A DNA stretch of 64,000 bases from the human T2T-CHM13v2.0 reference genome, Homo sapiens, in the NCBI RefSeq assembly GCF_009914755.1, contig NC_060930.1, one strand, 5' to 3'. Under the pieces are notes generated by a model that had not been told where the DNA came from, searched no databases, and worked only from the letters and a program-made list of their open reading frames with translations. Below, piece by piece: positions 1 to 11,742 of the stretch; position 1 is the first letter of the stretch, and every line of letters starts with the position of its first letter. The position numbers and the translations under genes are program-made.

Positions 1-324
1 ACCCGTGTTTTGTGCTTAATAGTCTGGAGTAAGTATTGCATATCTCTGAGCCTCCCTTTACCCATCTGTAAAATTAGGGTAACCACCAGGTCTACCTTCC
101 AAAGTTGTTTTGGGATCAAATAAGTCAACATTTCTATAGTTCCTGAAACACAGCAGGTGCCCCCTCCCAAGAATATGTTCAATATCAAGAACATATATTT
201 CTAATGCAAAATTGAAGCAAGCAGTTGATTATCATCAACCTTAAAAGTTGATGGCTAATTTGTCTTATGAGCTGTCAACTTAGTGACCTCCTGCTTCGAG
301 GATCCTATGATCCAACTGAGAACA

Positions 325-461
325 TTTATTTATTTTTTTTAAATTTTATTATTATTATACTTCAAGTTTTAGGGTACATGTGCACAACGTGCAGGTTTGT
401 TACATACGTATACATGTGCCATGTTGATGTGCTGCACCCATTAACTCGTCACTTAGCATTA
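325..461 (-). mobile_element. Short L1PA 3'-UTR fragment with T-rich tail
   Basis: ttattattatacttcaagttttagggtacatgtgcacaacgtgcaggtttgttacat...gcacccattaactcgtc is the reverse complement of the primate L1 3' end. Confidence 0.9.
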
Positions 462-1139
462 TTTGTTAATACACAAAGTGCCATTTGGCTCTCCTGCCCT
501 GATGTCTGCCTGAGAAGAAGGCTGATTCTGTCTGTTTGTGGAGTGTGGGGAGCAGCCACTCCCACTGGATGTGCCCACCTGGGCCGCCAACTTCTGTGCC
601 CAGGCCTGAGAAGCCTGACAGGGCACATTCCATCCACTTGCCGAACACACTGCCACAGAAATGGTAGGAGGCTGCTACATGGTGCGGAATGAATCCAAGA
701 GTGTGTTTGCTGGTCTATGAAAATGCCAGCCAGAGCCCTATGAGTGGCTTGACTCTCCACCCTTTTCTTCCCCCTTGCAGGAAAGAGCGGACTTTTGAAA
801 GGGTGGATTATGACCCAATAGATCTGGGTTTGCCTCGTTTACTGTTGCAGCTTTTCTAAACCCAGATGATTGTTCAGGCAACCTTGAAATGTTTTTTTTT
901 CTGATCTCACATTTTAGTTTTCTGTCATTCAGTTCTGTGGCAGTTATTTTTAGCTAATAATGCCATCTAAAAAAAGTCTCAGAGTTTGCAGTAGGTTACT
1001 GTGTTTTATCAGCAGATGGCTTCTAGTAAACTTACACTTAAAAAGTAAACACATTGAAATGCTTCATATTCCTTCACAAGAATAACCATGTAGCATTTTA
1101 AATAGCAAGCACATGCATGCCAGCTCAGAAATATGCCAG

Positions 1140-1266
1140 GTTTTTCTTCTTCCTTCATTTCTTCCCTCCCCTTCCCTTCCCTTCCCTTCCCTTCCTTTCC
1201 CTTTCCTTCCCTTCCCCTCCCTATCTTCCTCTCTCCCACATTCCCTCTTTTCCTTCCTTTCTTTCC
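1140..1266. repeat. Polypyrimidine low-complexity tract with a (CCCTT)n core
   Basis: cttcccttcccttcccttcccttcc... seen directly; it explains ORFs 1009..1239 and 1117..1350. Confidence 0.9.
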
Positions 1267-1364
1267 ATTTTTAAGTACCTGTATTTAAATACTCCAATGG
1301 GCTACTTAGAGATTAAATTGTGTTTCCAGCATGGTTCAGAGGCTGTATAACATATCATTCTAGA

Positions 1365-1570
1365 ATAAGTCTGAACAGGGCCAAATCTTGGCTTTACCAT
1401 TTGTTAACTACAAGATCCTGAGCAAATTATTTAACCTCCCTAATTCTTAGTTGCAATGTCCATGAAATGCAAATAATAATATTGAGCTTATAAGATTCTT
1501 ATGGATTTCAGATAATACATAAAGCACAGTGACAAACACAGTAAATGCTCAATAAATGTTAGCTATTTTC
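1365..1570 (+). mobile_element. MIR SINE
   Basis: Core aaatcttggctttacc...gagcaaattatttaacctc and 3' end cacagtaaatgctcaataaatgttagctatt. Confidence 0.75.
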
Positions 1571-2269
1571 TTTATATACTTAGAGAAGATTTTGTAAGTT
1601 TTATTAATATTATTCTTGATAATTTTAAGGATTTCTCAAGTTCAGCCACTACAGAAGTTATATCATAACCAAATAAGTAAAAAGGGAGAAATAATGTGGC
1701 CCCTAATGTGATTTTTTAAAGTAAATAAAGGACTGATACATAATTCTGAACTCTCTCATCATCGTTATCTTGAAGATAGGAGCTGCAATGCTTTGGACCG
1801 GAGAATGTCACCCACCCACCATTTGGACCAGTGTACTTGCAAGTTAAAAAGACCTTGAGGCTAAATCTGCTTGTTCTCATCTCTCTGTCTAAACCCCATG
1901 GAGTAACTCCCTCCCTCCAAGTCCAGCCCCTCAGGTGTCTACTGTGACCATGATGTTCTCAGCACCTTGTCCTACACATGAGCCTTCTTGTTCCTTCTCT
2001 TCTGGACTCCTTCCACTGCACCCTCCAGAGCTGCTCCTTCACTCCTGTCTTTTCACAGCTTGTTCTTAAAGCCTTCCCTGTACTGCATCTGGGTTTCTCT
2101 TGAAGACACCATTTTCTTTTAGTCTTCTCAAAAAGTAGCTGAGTGTTACCTTGCATCTGTGGTTCCTCAGAGTGAGGTGGTAGATCTGTTACTCTGTTTG
2201 CTTGGTTGCATCTATGACCCAACCCCTTCTGTAGTGAACATGCCATTCACAGATACTATCCCTCCCTCT

Positions 2270-4258
2270 CCTTCTTGCTTGTTGTCTACTTCCCATTCCT
2301 GCTCATTCATTGAAGACTTTGGTAATTGGTTCACAAGCCTCATCTCGATCTTAAGTAAAGTTATAATGGATGGATTCAGTGTCCACACAGGCATTCAACA
2401 TCCTGGGCCTTAGATCCTTCACTTGTTTATCTCTTCTTTCTTAATCTTTTATATTCCATACCAGAGACCTACTCTATGTCTACCCGGTGGACCTTGTTAC
2501 CACCATCTCCAAAATAAATAATTCAAGCACCTTACATTCTGTCTGAAACCTTGTCTCATTTTAGTTTGCTTCACCACTCACACCGTGGTCATTCTTTGAC
2601 ATTTGTTTCTACTGCATCATTCCCTCCAATTCATTGATCTTTCTACGCATTGCCCAGGCATTTTTTAATAGCATCCTTATCTATTGCAGATTCCAAGGTT
2701 TCTTTTCTAATGGGACTGTTGCCAGTACCCCTAATTTCCTTCCATCTCTGTATTTTCATCACACTCTTCAGATAAAACAATTTTTCATTTCACACTTTTA
2801 TGCTTAATGTGTGCCTGTTCCTGACCAGTGGAGTGCTCAAAAAGGAAAATGATACATCAAAGTAGATAGTATGATGACCTTATCCACTATCATACATCAA
2901 AGGAGATAGTATGATGACCTTATTCACGATCATACATCAAAGTAGATAGTATGATGACCTTATTCATGATCACCAACTTCAAAGGACCCTTAACATTACT
3001 TGGCAACTTTCCTGCTTTTTTCTAATCAGCTCATTGTCCCAGACTGCACAATAAATATTTCAGTGTTGCCAATCTTCTCAAATCTCAGTTATCCCTCTGT
3101 ACCTGCCTCCCTGGACTTTGTAGACAAATTGGTAGTCATAGGAATGCGGTATCAAGCCTGCAACTAAGTATTGGTAATATAAAAGTTAGAAGCCTGAAAA
3201 CCTATGACTGGTACCTGTCCTCTCCTCCTCACCTCCTGGTAGACTAGAAGAGCACACCCTCCTCATAACTAATAATGACCCCTCTTCCTAATCTTTGGAT
3301 CCCATCCCTTCTGCTTTCTCTAGATTTTTAAACTATGAATTCTTTCTCTTTCATGTATACTCAATGTCTTTCTTTCAACAAGAACTCCTCAACTGCAAGA
3401 GAATTCTTTATTTCTCTCCCCATGTCCATCCAACAGTGCTTTCTCATTTTCCTGATGGCATCATTATTCACCCAGTTGATTATGACAAATTCCTCAAAGA
3501 CAACCTTGTTTCTCTTTTTCTTACCCTGCCATGTACTCCATCAGCAAGACCTGTTGGCTCTACAGCCACTGCTAAGCTAAATCTGATCACTCCTCACCAT
3601 TTCACTGTTACAGCTCTCTCACGTGTACTACAAGGTAGCTATCTAATAAGTCTTACTGGTTTAATTTTGTTTCTTTTGATCTCTTATAATCCATCTTTGC
3701 ATAACAAAAAGACTACTGTTTAAAGTTTAAATGAGAACTTTCCATTCTCTCTGTTGAAAAGCCTATAATACATTTCTATTGTGATTAGAATAAAACTTCA
3801 TGCCCTTTCTGTAACCAATAGGCTATGCCTCCAACTCAGATTTTATTTTCTCCCACTTCCTCTGGCTTTCACAATCACTGGCTCTCATTCAGCCCTTTGG
3901 ACACACCACGTTGTGTGTTCCTGCTCAGATTGTTATCTGCTTTGGATGTTCTTACCTCATATTATTTTATGACTGGCTCCTTACTGAAATGTCACCTCCT
4001 CACAGAAGGCTTTTCTAGCCATTCTATATAAATAACATTCTACCCCCCAGCATCACTTTGTATAATTCTCTTTACAGCATTTATCATCAATAGAAACTAA
4101 TGTTATTTGCTTATTACTTAATTCTGGTTTTCCCCAATGGATGGCAAGCTCAGTAAGGATAGGGATCTAACCTGTCTTGTTTGTTGCCATCTCTGGTGCT
4201 TAGAATAGTGTCTGATACATGGTAGATGTACAAGAAATGTTGTTTAAATGAATGGATG
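2270..4258 (+). mobile_element. Long degenerate L2 LINE remnant
   Basis: C/T-rich L2-like body ending in a typical L2 3' end (aaatgtcacctcctcacagaaggc...gtgcttagaatagtgtctgatacatggtagatg...aaatgaatgg). 5' boundary approximate. Confidence 0.7.
2852..2971. repeat. Minisatellite, 3 x 40 bp (ATACATCAAAGTAGATAGTATGATGACCTTATTCACGATC)
   Basis: Units start at 2852, 2892 and 2932, abut with no spacers, and differ by a few substitutions. Confidence 0.95.
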
Positions 4259-6587
4259 CATACACAAAAAAACTGGATCCTTTTTATAAATGTTTAAAGC
4301 TGCTTAAGTCTGTGTCTTTTCAAAGGAAAAACAAAACAAAACAGCCCTACTTCCCTCTGTCCAATAACCCTTATCAGTTACTGCCTCATTTTCTCTTCTG
4401 AAACTCAAATTCTGTACTCTAACTTCCAAACTCTTTTCTCCCATTGTCCTTTGGACTGGATATTTACTCAATATCACCCTGAGTGACTACAGGGGGAACA
4501 TATGCAGAATCTTCTTCTAGCTATTTGTTCCTCAAATAGAATACTGACAGATCTTATAACAACTCATATATTAGAAAAGATTTTCTCCATTGTCCAACAA
4601 ACCTAGAAAAATGAACACTTAGCCTGTTGATATTGGGTATTTTTCCCTGGGACAATATTTTAGTTGGATCATATATGATAAGAATGGGACAGAAATGGAG
4701 ATTAGACAATTTTTTCAAATAAAAAAGGCTATCAAAATAATACTGTCCACTTTTGAACTTGTGTGTAAGTTAGAAATGTATCTACACATATGGGCAATGG
4801 GTATGTGTGTGTGTCTGTGTGTGTGTGTGTGTCTATGTGAGATCAGAATTGTCTGTGTAGGAATGGTAATGAAGACAATAGTATGAATGGTGTTAGGGAT
4901 CAAGGAAAAATTACAGACAATTTCAGGGTCAAACAAATCTCTAATCATTCCCTTAAATTAGAAGGAATTGTAGCTTGCCTTGAGTTTTATCAATAGGTGA
5001 CCTTTCCTATTGGAACTGTGTGGCCTCTAGTTCCCACACAGCCCTAGCACAAGAAAACTTCAGATCCTACTCAGAGGTGCCATTCTGGGTTGAGGTGCTT
5101 TCTGAATCATTCCAAAAGAATGAACAGTGTCAAATTGGGGCATACGATCCATATAATTATTTGGAGATTGATAGTCTATGTCTACTGTACGTTGTAATTC
5201 TGTATAACTCAAATATTTGATTCACACACACACACACAAACTGTGTTTCCAAATAACAGAGAATTTGTTGTTTTGCGAGGCTGGTCCAGTAACTCTCTGG
5301 AACTTGATGTTTAACTGTACAGGTTTGCTAGTTCTATAATTTTCTTCTATAATTAAGTGTGAGGTGAGCTTTTATCATGGTCAAGTCTTGTTTATCACAC
5401 TCATCATATTGATGCCAGTGCCTAAGCTACTTCTGGGTAAATTTTCTTAAGAATCTGAAGGAGTCACTGTGGATTTTTAAAATGGTGATTTATCATTGCT
5501 TTAGGCCCTGGAACAATCAGCCTGTATATCCATAGTTTCCTGGAATGGGGAAAGTCAGAAATTTCTTTAAGAAGCAAGAATCTTCAAAAATGTTAAAAGT
5601 ACTAGGAGGTCTTGGTTTGCAGATACTTTTAAATATGCATGTATAGAAATGTCTTGGATGTATGATTAAATGAAAGGAAATTACTTGGAAATTTTTTCTC
5701 AAGAACAGTTGTTTCCCTGAAATACCTTATGTGTTGTTGCACAATGTTATTGCTAGAGTGTGGGTTGGGGAATTGTTTGGAGCTCAGTTATGCTGTGCTC
5801 TCCCCAGGTTGAAAACTTTCAATCAAATACTCCCCTTTAAATTTTTTTTCTTTATCAAACTGTAGATGAAGAAATGAGTTTAGCTTCTTATGTTACAGTG
5901 ACATTTTATGGGTATGTTATTTTCTCACACTGGGAAAATTAAACTTCTCATAAAATTAAATTGCAATACTTATTGCTTTTCTTTGTTTTGAATTATTCTA
6001 AAGTCCTCTATGCCTGTGCTCCTTTGAAGGCATTTCTTCTGGGTAAATTATAACAGTTTCTAGTTGAAGAACTGGGAACACATAGTGAAAGCTAATGATG
6101 AAGAGTTTAGGAACAGATTAATTTAAAATGGAACTTCACATGTAGAAACAACTTTTGCCTTATTAGGGAATCATAGTAGAGGAAAGATGAAATTCAGGGA
6201 AAGCAGATGAGAAAAAGTAAGGCAAAGCGTTATCATAAAATCTGAATGTTTGAAGTAATTGGCTTTAAGAGGTTCACCTACTCAGAGAGGAAATGGGTGA
6301 TGTAAACAGATGTGGAGCATATAGAAAAATGTAGGTGTCTAAAGGTTTATAATTATGCCAGCCCATTGGCCACAATCAAGGTGGCCAAGAATGGGAGTGA
6401 CTTTGGCAATTCTAGCTCTCAGAATTCTGAAAGCATTGACCAATACCTCTAGAAAGTTTTTCCTTAATCACCCTTGCCTTTATTCTTTCCCATGCTGGAG
6501 ATACAACCATCTGCTGCTCAAGGCTCAAGCATAAACTTCAGCTGATAACTATCTAGAAAAAAGCCACACCATTTTCTACATAGGCAA

Positions 6588-6665
6588 GCTCAAATTCAGC
6601 TTCAGTTGTATATGAGTTTATGTTATGCTCAAATTCAGCTTCAGTTGTATACGAAGGTTATGTTA
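6588..6665. repeat. Tandem duplication of ~39 bp (GCTCAAATTCAGCTTCAGTTGTATA...TTATGTTA)
   Basis: Copies start at 6588 and 6627; the first 25 nt are identical. Confidence 0.9.
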
Positions 6666-8920
6666 GGAGTTCAACACCTAGCATTTAGAATGTAAGACCT
6701 TGGAGAATAAACAAACATTTGCTGGAAAAAAAAAAGCAACAGAAAAGGAACCTGAAAAAAACATTAAGAGACTGGTAGATCCAGCCTCTCACTGTCTGGC
6801 AGGACATCTCACAAACTATGCCAGACACACCAGGAGCTGGGCTCTCTAAGGCTTCTGAGAAAGGAGATTTCATGACCTGCTTAGTGACCCAGTGCAGTCA
6901 GTTAACAGGCTTCAGAAAACCCCTCTTTATGGCCAGCACTTACCTGTATCTTTAGTCTTTCATTCAGCGCATAATTATTAAGGGCTTTCCCTCTGTGAGG
7001 GACTATATTAGTTATTGGAGACACTTTGGAAACACAGCCACTGCTCTCATGGACCTAATGGGTCAAATGGAGGCAGCACCACAAACAAATGTACAGATAC
7101 ATCACGGTAAGTCTTACAAAGGAAAAGAGTCAGTGCTCTTAAAATGCTAGGTATTTGAGAGCAGCCTGTTTCCCATCTATGCCATGGATCTCTTGGTGGC
7201 TTTTATAAGAACCTCTGGTTTCAGGTCTGACGTGTAAAGGCTTGGAAGTCATTGCTCCCTTCCTCACAACAGCAACAACAAAAAGCTAAACAAACTGAAA
7301 ATCAACAACCTTTACAGAGAATTGAGGTCACAGCAGAAAATGCTGCCCTGAAAAATGGAGAAATGGACAGCTATACACAGAGAACCAAAGCCTACAGGGA
7401 GCAGAGGCCCACAGCTAAAACCTGTATTGGTAGAAACAATAAACTGTAATTGACAAATTGCTGGAAGCTCAGGGAGAACTGACATGAGAATTAAAAAATA
7501 TATCCAAAGGGGAGTGCAGTCTCTGGGGACAGAGGGCACTATTTGGGGAGTTTTATTTCCAGGAGCTCTAACAGTTTCTGCTAATTTTTTATTGAGAGCC
7601 AGACATAATGTATCAGACAAAAGAAAGTGAGATTGAGAGGCCTTTAAAGGAGGTCTTATACGTTTAGGAATTAGGTTATGCTTACCATTTGCTGGAGCTG
7701 TGGTGTCAGAGGCTGAAATATCCTCCAATGCCTTTGTTTTTGTCTCTCCTATTGTCTCTGAACATCCCTAGACATTCCTTAGATAGGATTTAAGGCTTGC
7801 AGTTCTTTCTTAGCTTTAATACTCTATTATTAGACAGCAGTCTTATGGATATACTAATAAGGTGTAACAGGGAGAAAGCATTCTATAGTCCTATGATTAG
7901 GTCTCAGTCTTTTGTAAGCCTGAATTGGGTATTTCCCTTCCCCCTTGTGGAAGGCAAGAGGGTGCTGAAGTTGGCTTTTTCCCTTCCTCCAGGGGTGTTG
8001 TTGGGCTTTGGTAAAACCCCAGGTGATTAGACTTTGGTACAACACTTTTCCTCCAGGGTAGGCCTTGTGAAGGAGAACAGAAAGCACTAAGTGTATTTTA
8101 AAATTATAATTTTCTCCTCCCCCATAGTAAGGAGTTTTTCTCCCATCTTCATAGTAAGAAACTGGGAGATAACTATAAAAGGTATATCATACATGTATGG
8201 GAATACCAGAGGGAAAAGAAAGACAAAAAGTAAGAGAACAAATTTTTGAAGTAATGATGGCTGAGTATTTTTCAAAATAAATGACAGATGCCAAACCAGA
8301 GATCAAGGAAGCTCAGAGAACCCCAAGCAAGTGAAATAACAAAAAATCTACACCCCTGTATATCATATTCACACTGCAGAAAACCAAAGACAAAGAAAAT
8401 CTTGAGAGAAGTCAGAGGGGTTAGGAGAAGACATCTTACCTACAGAAGGGCAAAGATAATGATTACATTGCACTTCCCTTCAAAAACTATACAAGAAGAA
8501 AATAGAGGGAAGTATTTAAAAGTGTTGAAAGAGAAAAACTCCACCAACCTAAAATTCTATATCCAGTGAAGTTATCTCTTGAACGTGACAGAAACAAAGA
8601 CTTTCTCAGACAAAGAAAAACAGAAAATTTGTTGACAATAGACCTGGCTTGCATAAAATATTAGAAGTTCTTCAGAGAGAAGGAAAATTATATAGATCAG
8701 AAACTCAGATCTACGTAAAGGAAGAGAAATAGAGACAAAATCAATGAATGTAAAATAAAATTTTGTTATTCTTAATTGATCTAACAGATAACAATGTATT
8801 TAAAAGAATAAGAGAAACAATATATTGGGTGATTAAGCTTATGAATAATTGAAATGAATTACAGCAATATTATATAGCATGGGAGGGAAAAACTAGGAAC
8901 ACTTTCTTATAAGGTACTTG

Positions 8921-9677
<757 letters not shown>

Positions 9678-10079
9678 CTTGCACTACCTGTGAAGCAGTA
9701 TGGTGGAATTTGACAGTAAACTTGGATTAGTCATTAATGTATATTGCAAACTCTAGGACAACCACTAAAAATGTTTTAAAAAAATATAATTGATATACTA
9801 AGAGAGGAGAGGAAATAGAATAATGTAAAATGCTTAAAACCGAAGAAGCCAGAAAAAGAGTGGAAGACAACCAAAAAACAACCAACAAAGTCAACAAATA
9901 GAAAACACTTACAAATATGATCAATATCAATCCAGCTAACTCAATAATCCCTTTAAATATGAATGGTCTAAATATACCAATTAAAAGATGGAGACTGTCA
10001 GAATGAATTAAAAAACTAGTCCCATCTACAAGAAACCTACTTTAATTTTAAAGACAGACAATTTAAAAATAAAGGGATG

Positions 10080-10636
10080 CCGTAGAATGTACAACACCAA
10101 GAGTGAATTCTAATGTAAAATATGGACTTTGGATGACATTTAAAAAAATTTTTAATGTATTTTTATTTATTTCTAAAGATAAGGTCTTGCTCTGTCACCC
10201 AGGCTGGAGTGCAGTGTCATGAACATAGCTCACTGCAGCCTTGAACTCCTGGGCTCCAATGATCCACCTTAGCCTCCCAAGTAGCTGGGGCTGCAAGTGT
10301 GTGCCACCACACTGGGCTAATTTTTAAACTTTTTGTAGAGATAAGGTCTTGCTATGTTGCTCAGGCTGGTTTTAAACTCTTGACCTTAAGTGATCCTCTT
10401 GACCCAGCCTCCCAAAGTGCTGGGATTACAGGTGCGAGACCTCACCTAGCCAACTTTGGGCAATAATGATGTGTCAATGTAGGTTCACTGGTTATAATAA
10501 ATGTACCACTCTGGTGGTGGATGTTGATAAGAGGAGGGGCTATCTATGTGTGGGGGCTGGGGTTAATTGAGATATTTCTGTACTTTCTATTCACTTTTGC
10601 TGTGAACCTCAAACTATTCTAGAAATGAAGTTTTTT
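10080..10636 (+). mobile_element. L1MC-type 3' end fragment inserted in the older L1 ORF2, itself split by an AluJ
   Basis: tagaatgtacaacaccaagagtgaa...ttttgctgtgaacctcaaactattct resembles the L1MC1-3 3' end; degenerate flanking repeat aaataaagggatg / aagtaaggaaatg. Confidence 0.75.
10149..10451 (-). mobile_element. AluJ-type full-length Alu
   Basis: Two arms with J-type diagnostics (catagctcactgcagccttgaactcctgggctc; aggtcttgctatgttgc). Confidence 0.9.
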
Positions 10637-11074
10637 AAGTAAGGAAATGGAGAAAGATATACCATGCTAACACTAATCAAAAGAAAGCTGGATCAACTAT
10701 ATTAATTTCAGGCAAAGCTGACTTCACAGCCAAGAAAATTGTAGTAACCTCTCAATATTATCTTTTCTAACTATACTTTCAGTTTCTTTAACTTTTCTTC
10801 CTGGGTTCTGTTTTCAAATATTAGCTATGTTTCTGACATTTCTCCCCAGCTTCTTATTTTAGAGCCCAGAATTAAAAATTAGTTGTCCAGTATGGTTTAA
10901 TAATGTTGTGCTATTTTACTTATTTAAAAAGTGTATTGTCTGTCTTCTATTCTATGCCGAAGCTGTTAATATATTTGCAGTGCCAGTGTCATCTGTTAAA
11001 TGATATATCTGCAATGTTCAATGACTTGTTTGGCTTCTACTCAGCATAATGTGATACATACACAATACTGCAAT

Positions 11075-11300
11075 AATGGAGTAAAAATACTACCTCTAGC
11101 TAACTCAAATAAAGCCCTTCTATATGCATTGTATCATTTAGTTTTCACAAGAGATATATGCCAGTATTATCCCCATTGTACTGATGGGGAAACTACCTCT
11201 GAAAAGCTGCAGAACTCAGCCAAGCTTGCTAGTTTAAGTGACAGAATTGGGGCTTGAACTAGGCTGTGTTGGACTCCAGAGCCCAAACACTTAACCACTA
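11075..11300 (-). mobile_element. MIR SINE
   Basis: tattatccccattgtactgatggggaaact...actccagagcccaaacacttaaccacta. Confidence 0.75.
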
Positions 11301-11571
11301 TACCTTACCTTTTTTCTTTATAAAGACTAAATTATCATCGCAATTATGTTTCATTTTCATTTTAGGCATGGGTTCATGTTCTTGGAATATTTTAGCTCCC
11401 AAGTGAATTACTCCTTTTATTTTCTTTTGATATCTTATATTTGGCATTGACTGTACTGTGTTCTTTAGCTTCACATCAAAGCTATTTAACCTCCTAACTC
11501 TTCTTCTAGTGGCTCAAACTCTCATTCCTTCTCCTATATTAACCAGTTAGTCTTTCCCCCACAGCTTTTAA

Positions 11572-11742
11572 CTGGGACTACAGGGGCCCGCCACCACGCC
11601 CAGCTATTTTTTTTTTGTATTTTTAGTAAAGATGGGCTTTCCTCGTGTTAGCCAGGATGGTCTTGATCTCCTGACCTCGTGATCCACCCACCTTGGCCTC
11701 CCAAAGTGCTGGGATTACAGGCGTGAGCTACCGCGCCTGGCC
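11572..11742 (-). mobile_element. 3'-truncated AluY/Sc-like element with no poly(A) tail and no TSD
   Basis: The complete left arm and linker are present (ends ...gcgcctggcc at 11742) but the element stops at ctgggactacagg early in the right arm. Confidence 0.9.

Noticed and set aside
267-760. Cluster of overlapping ORFs up to 141 aa
   Set aside because: Partly antisense L1 3'UTR; there is no recognisable domain or exon structure.
2852-2971. CRISPR-like array of 40-bp repeats
   Set aside because: Units abut with no unique spacers, there are no cas genes, and the context is a primate intron. It is a minisatellite.
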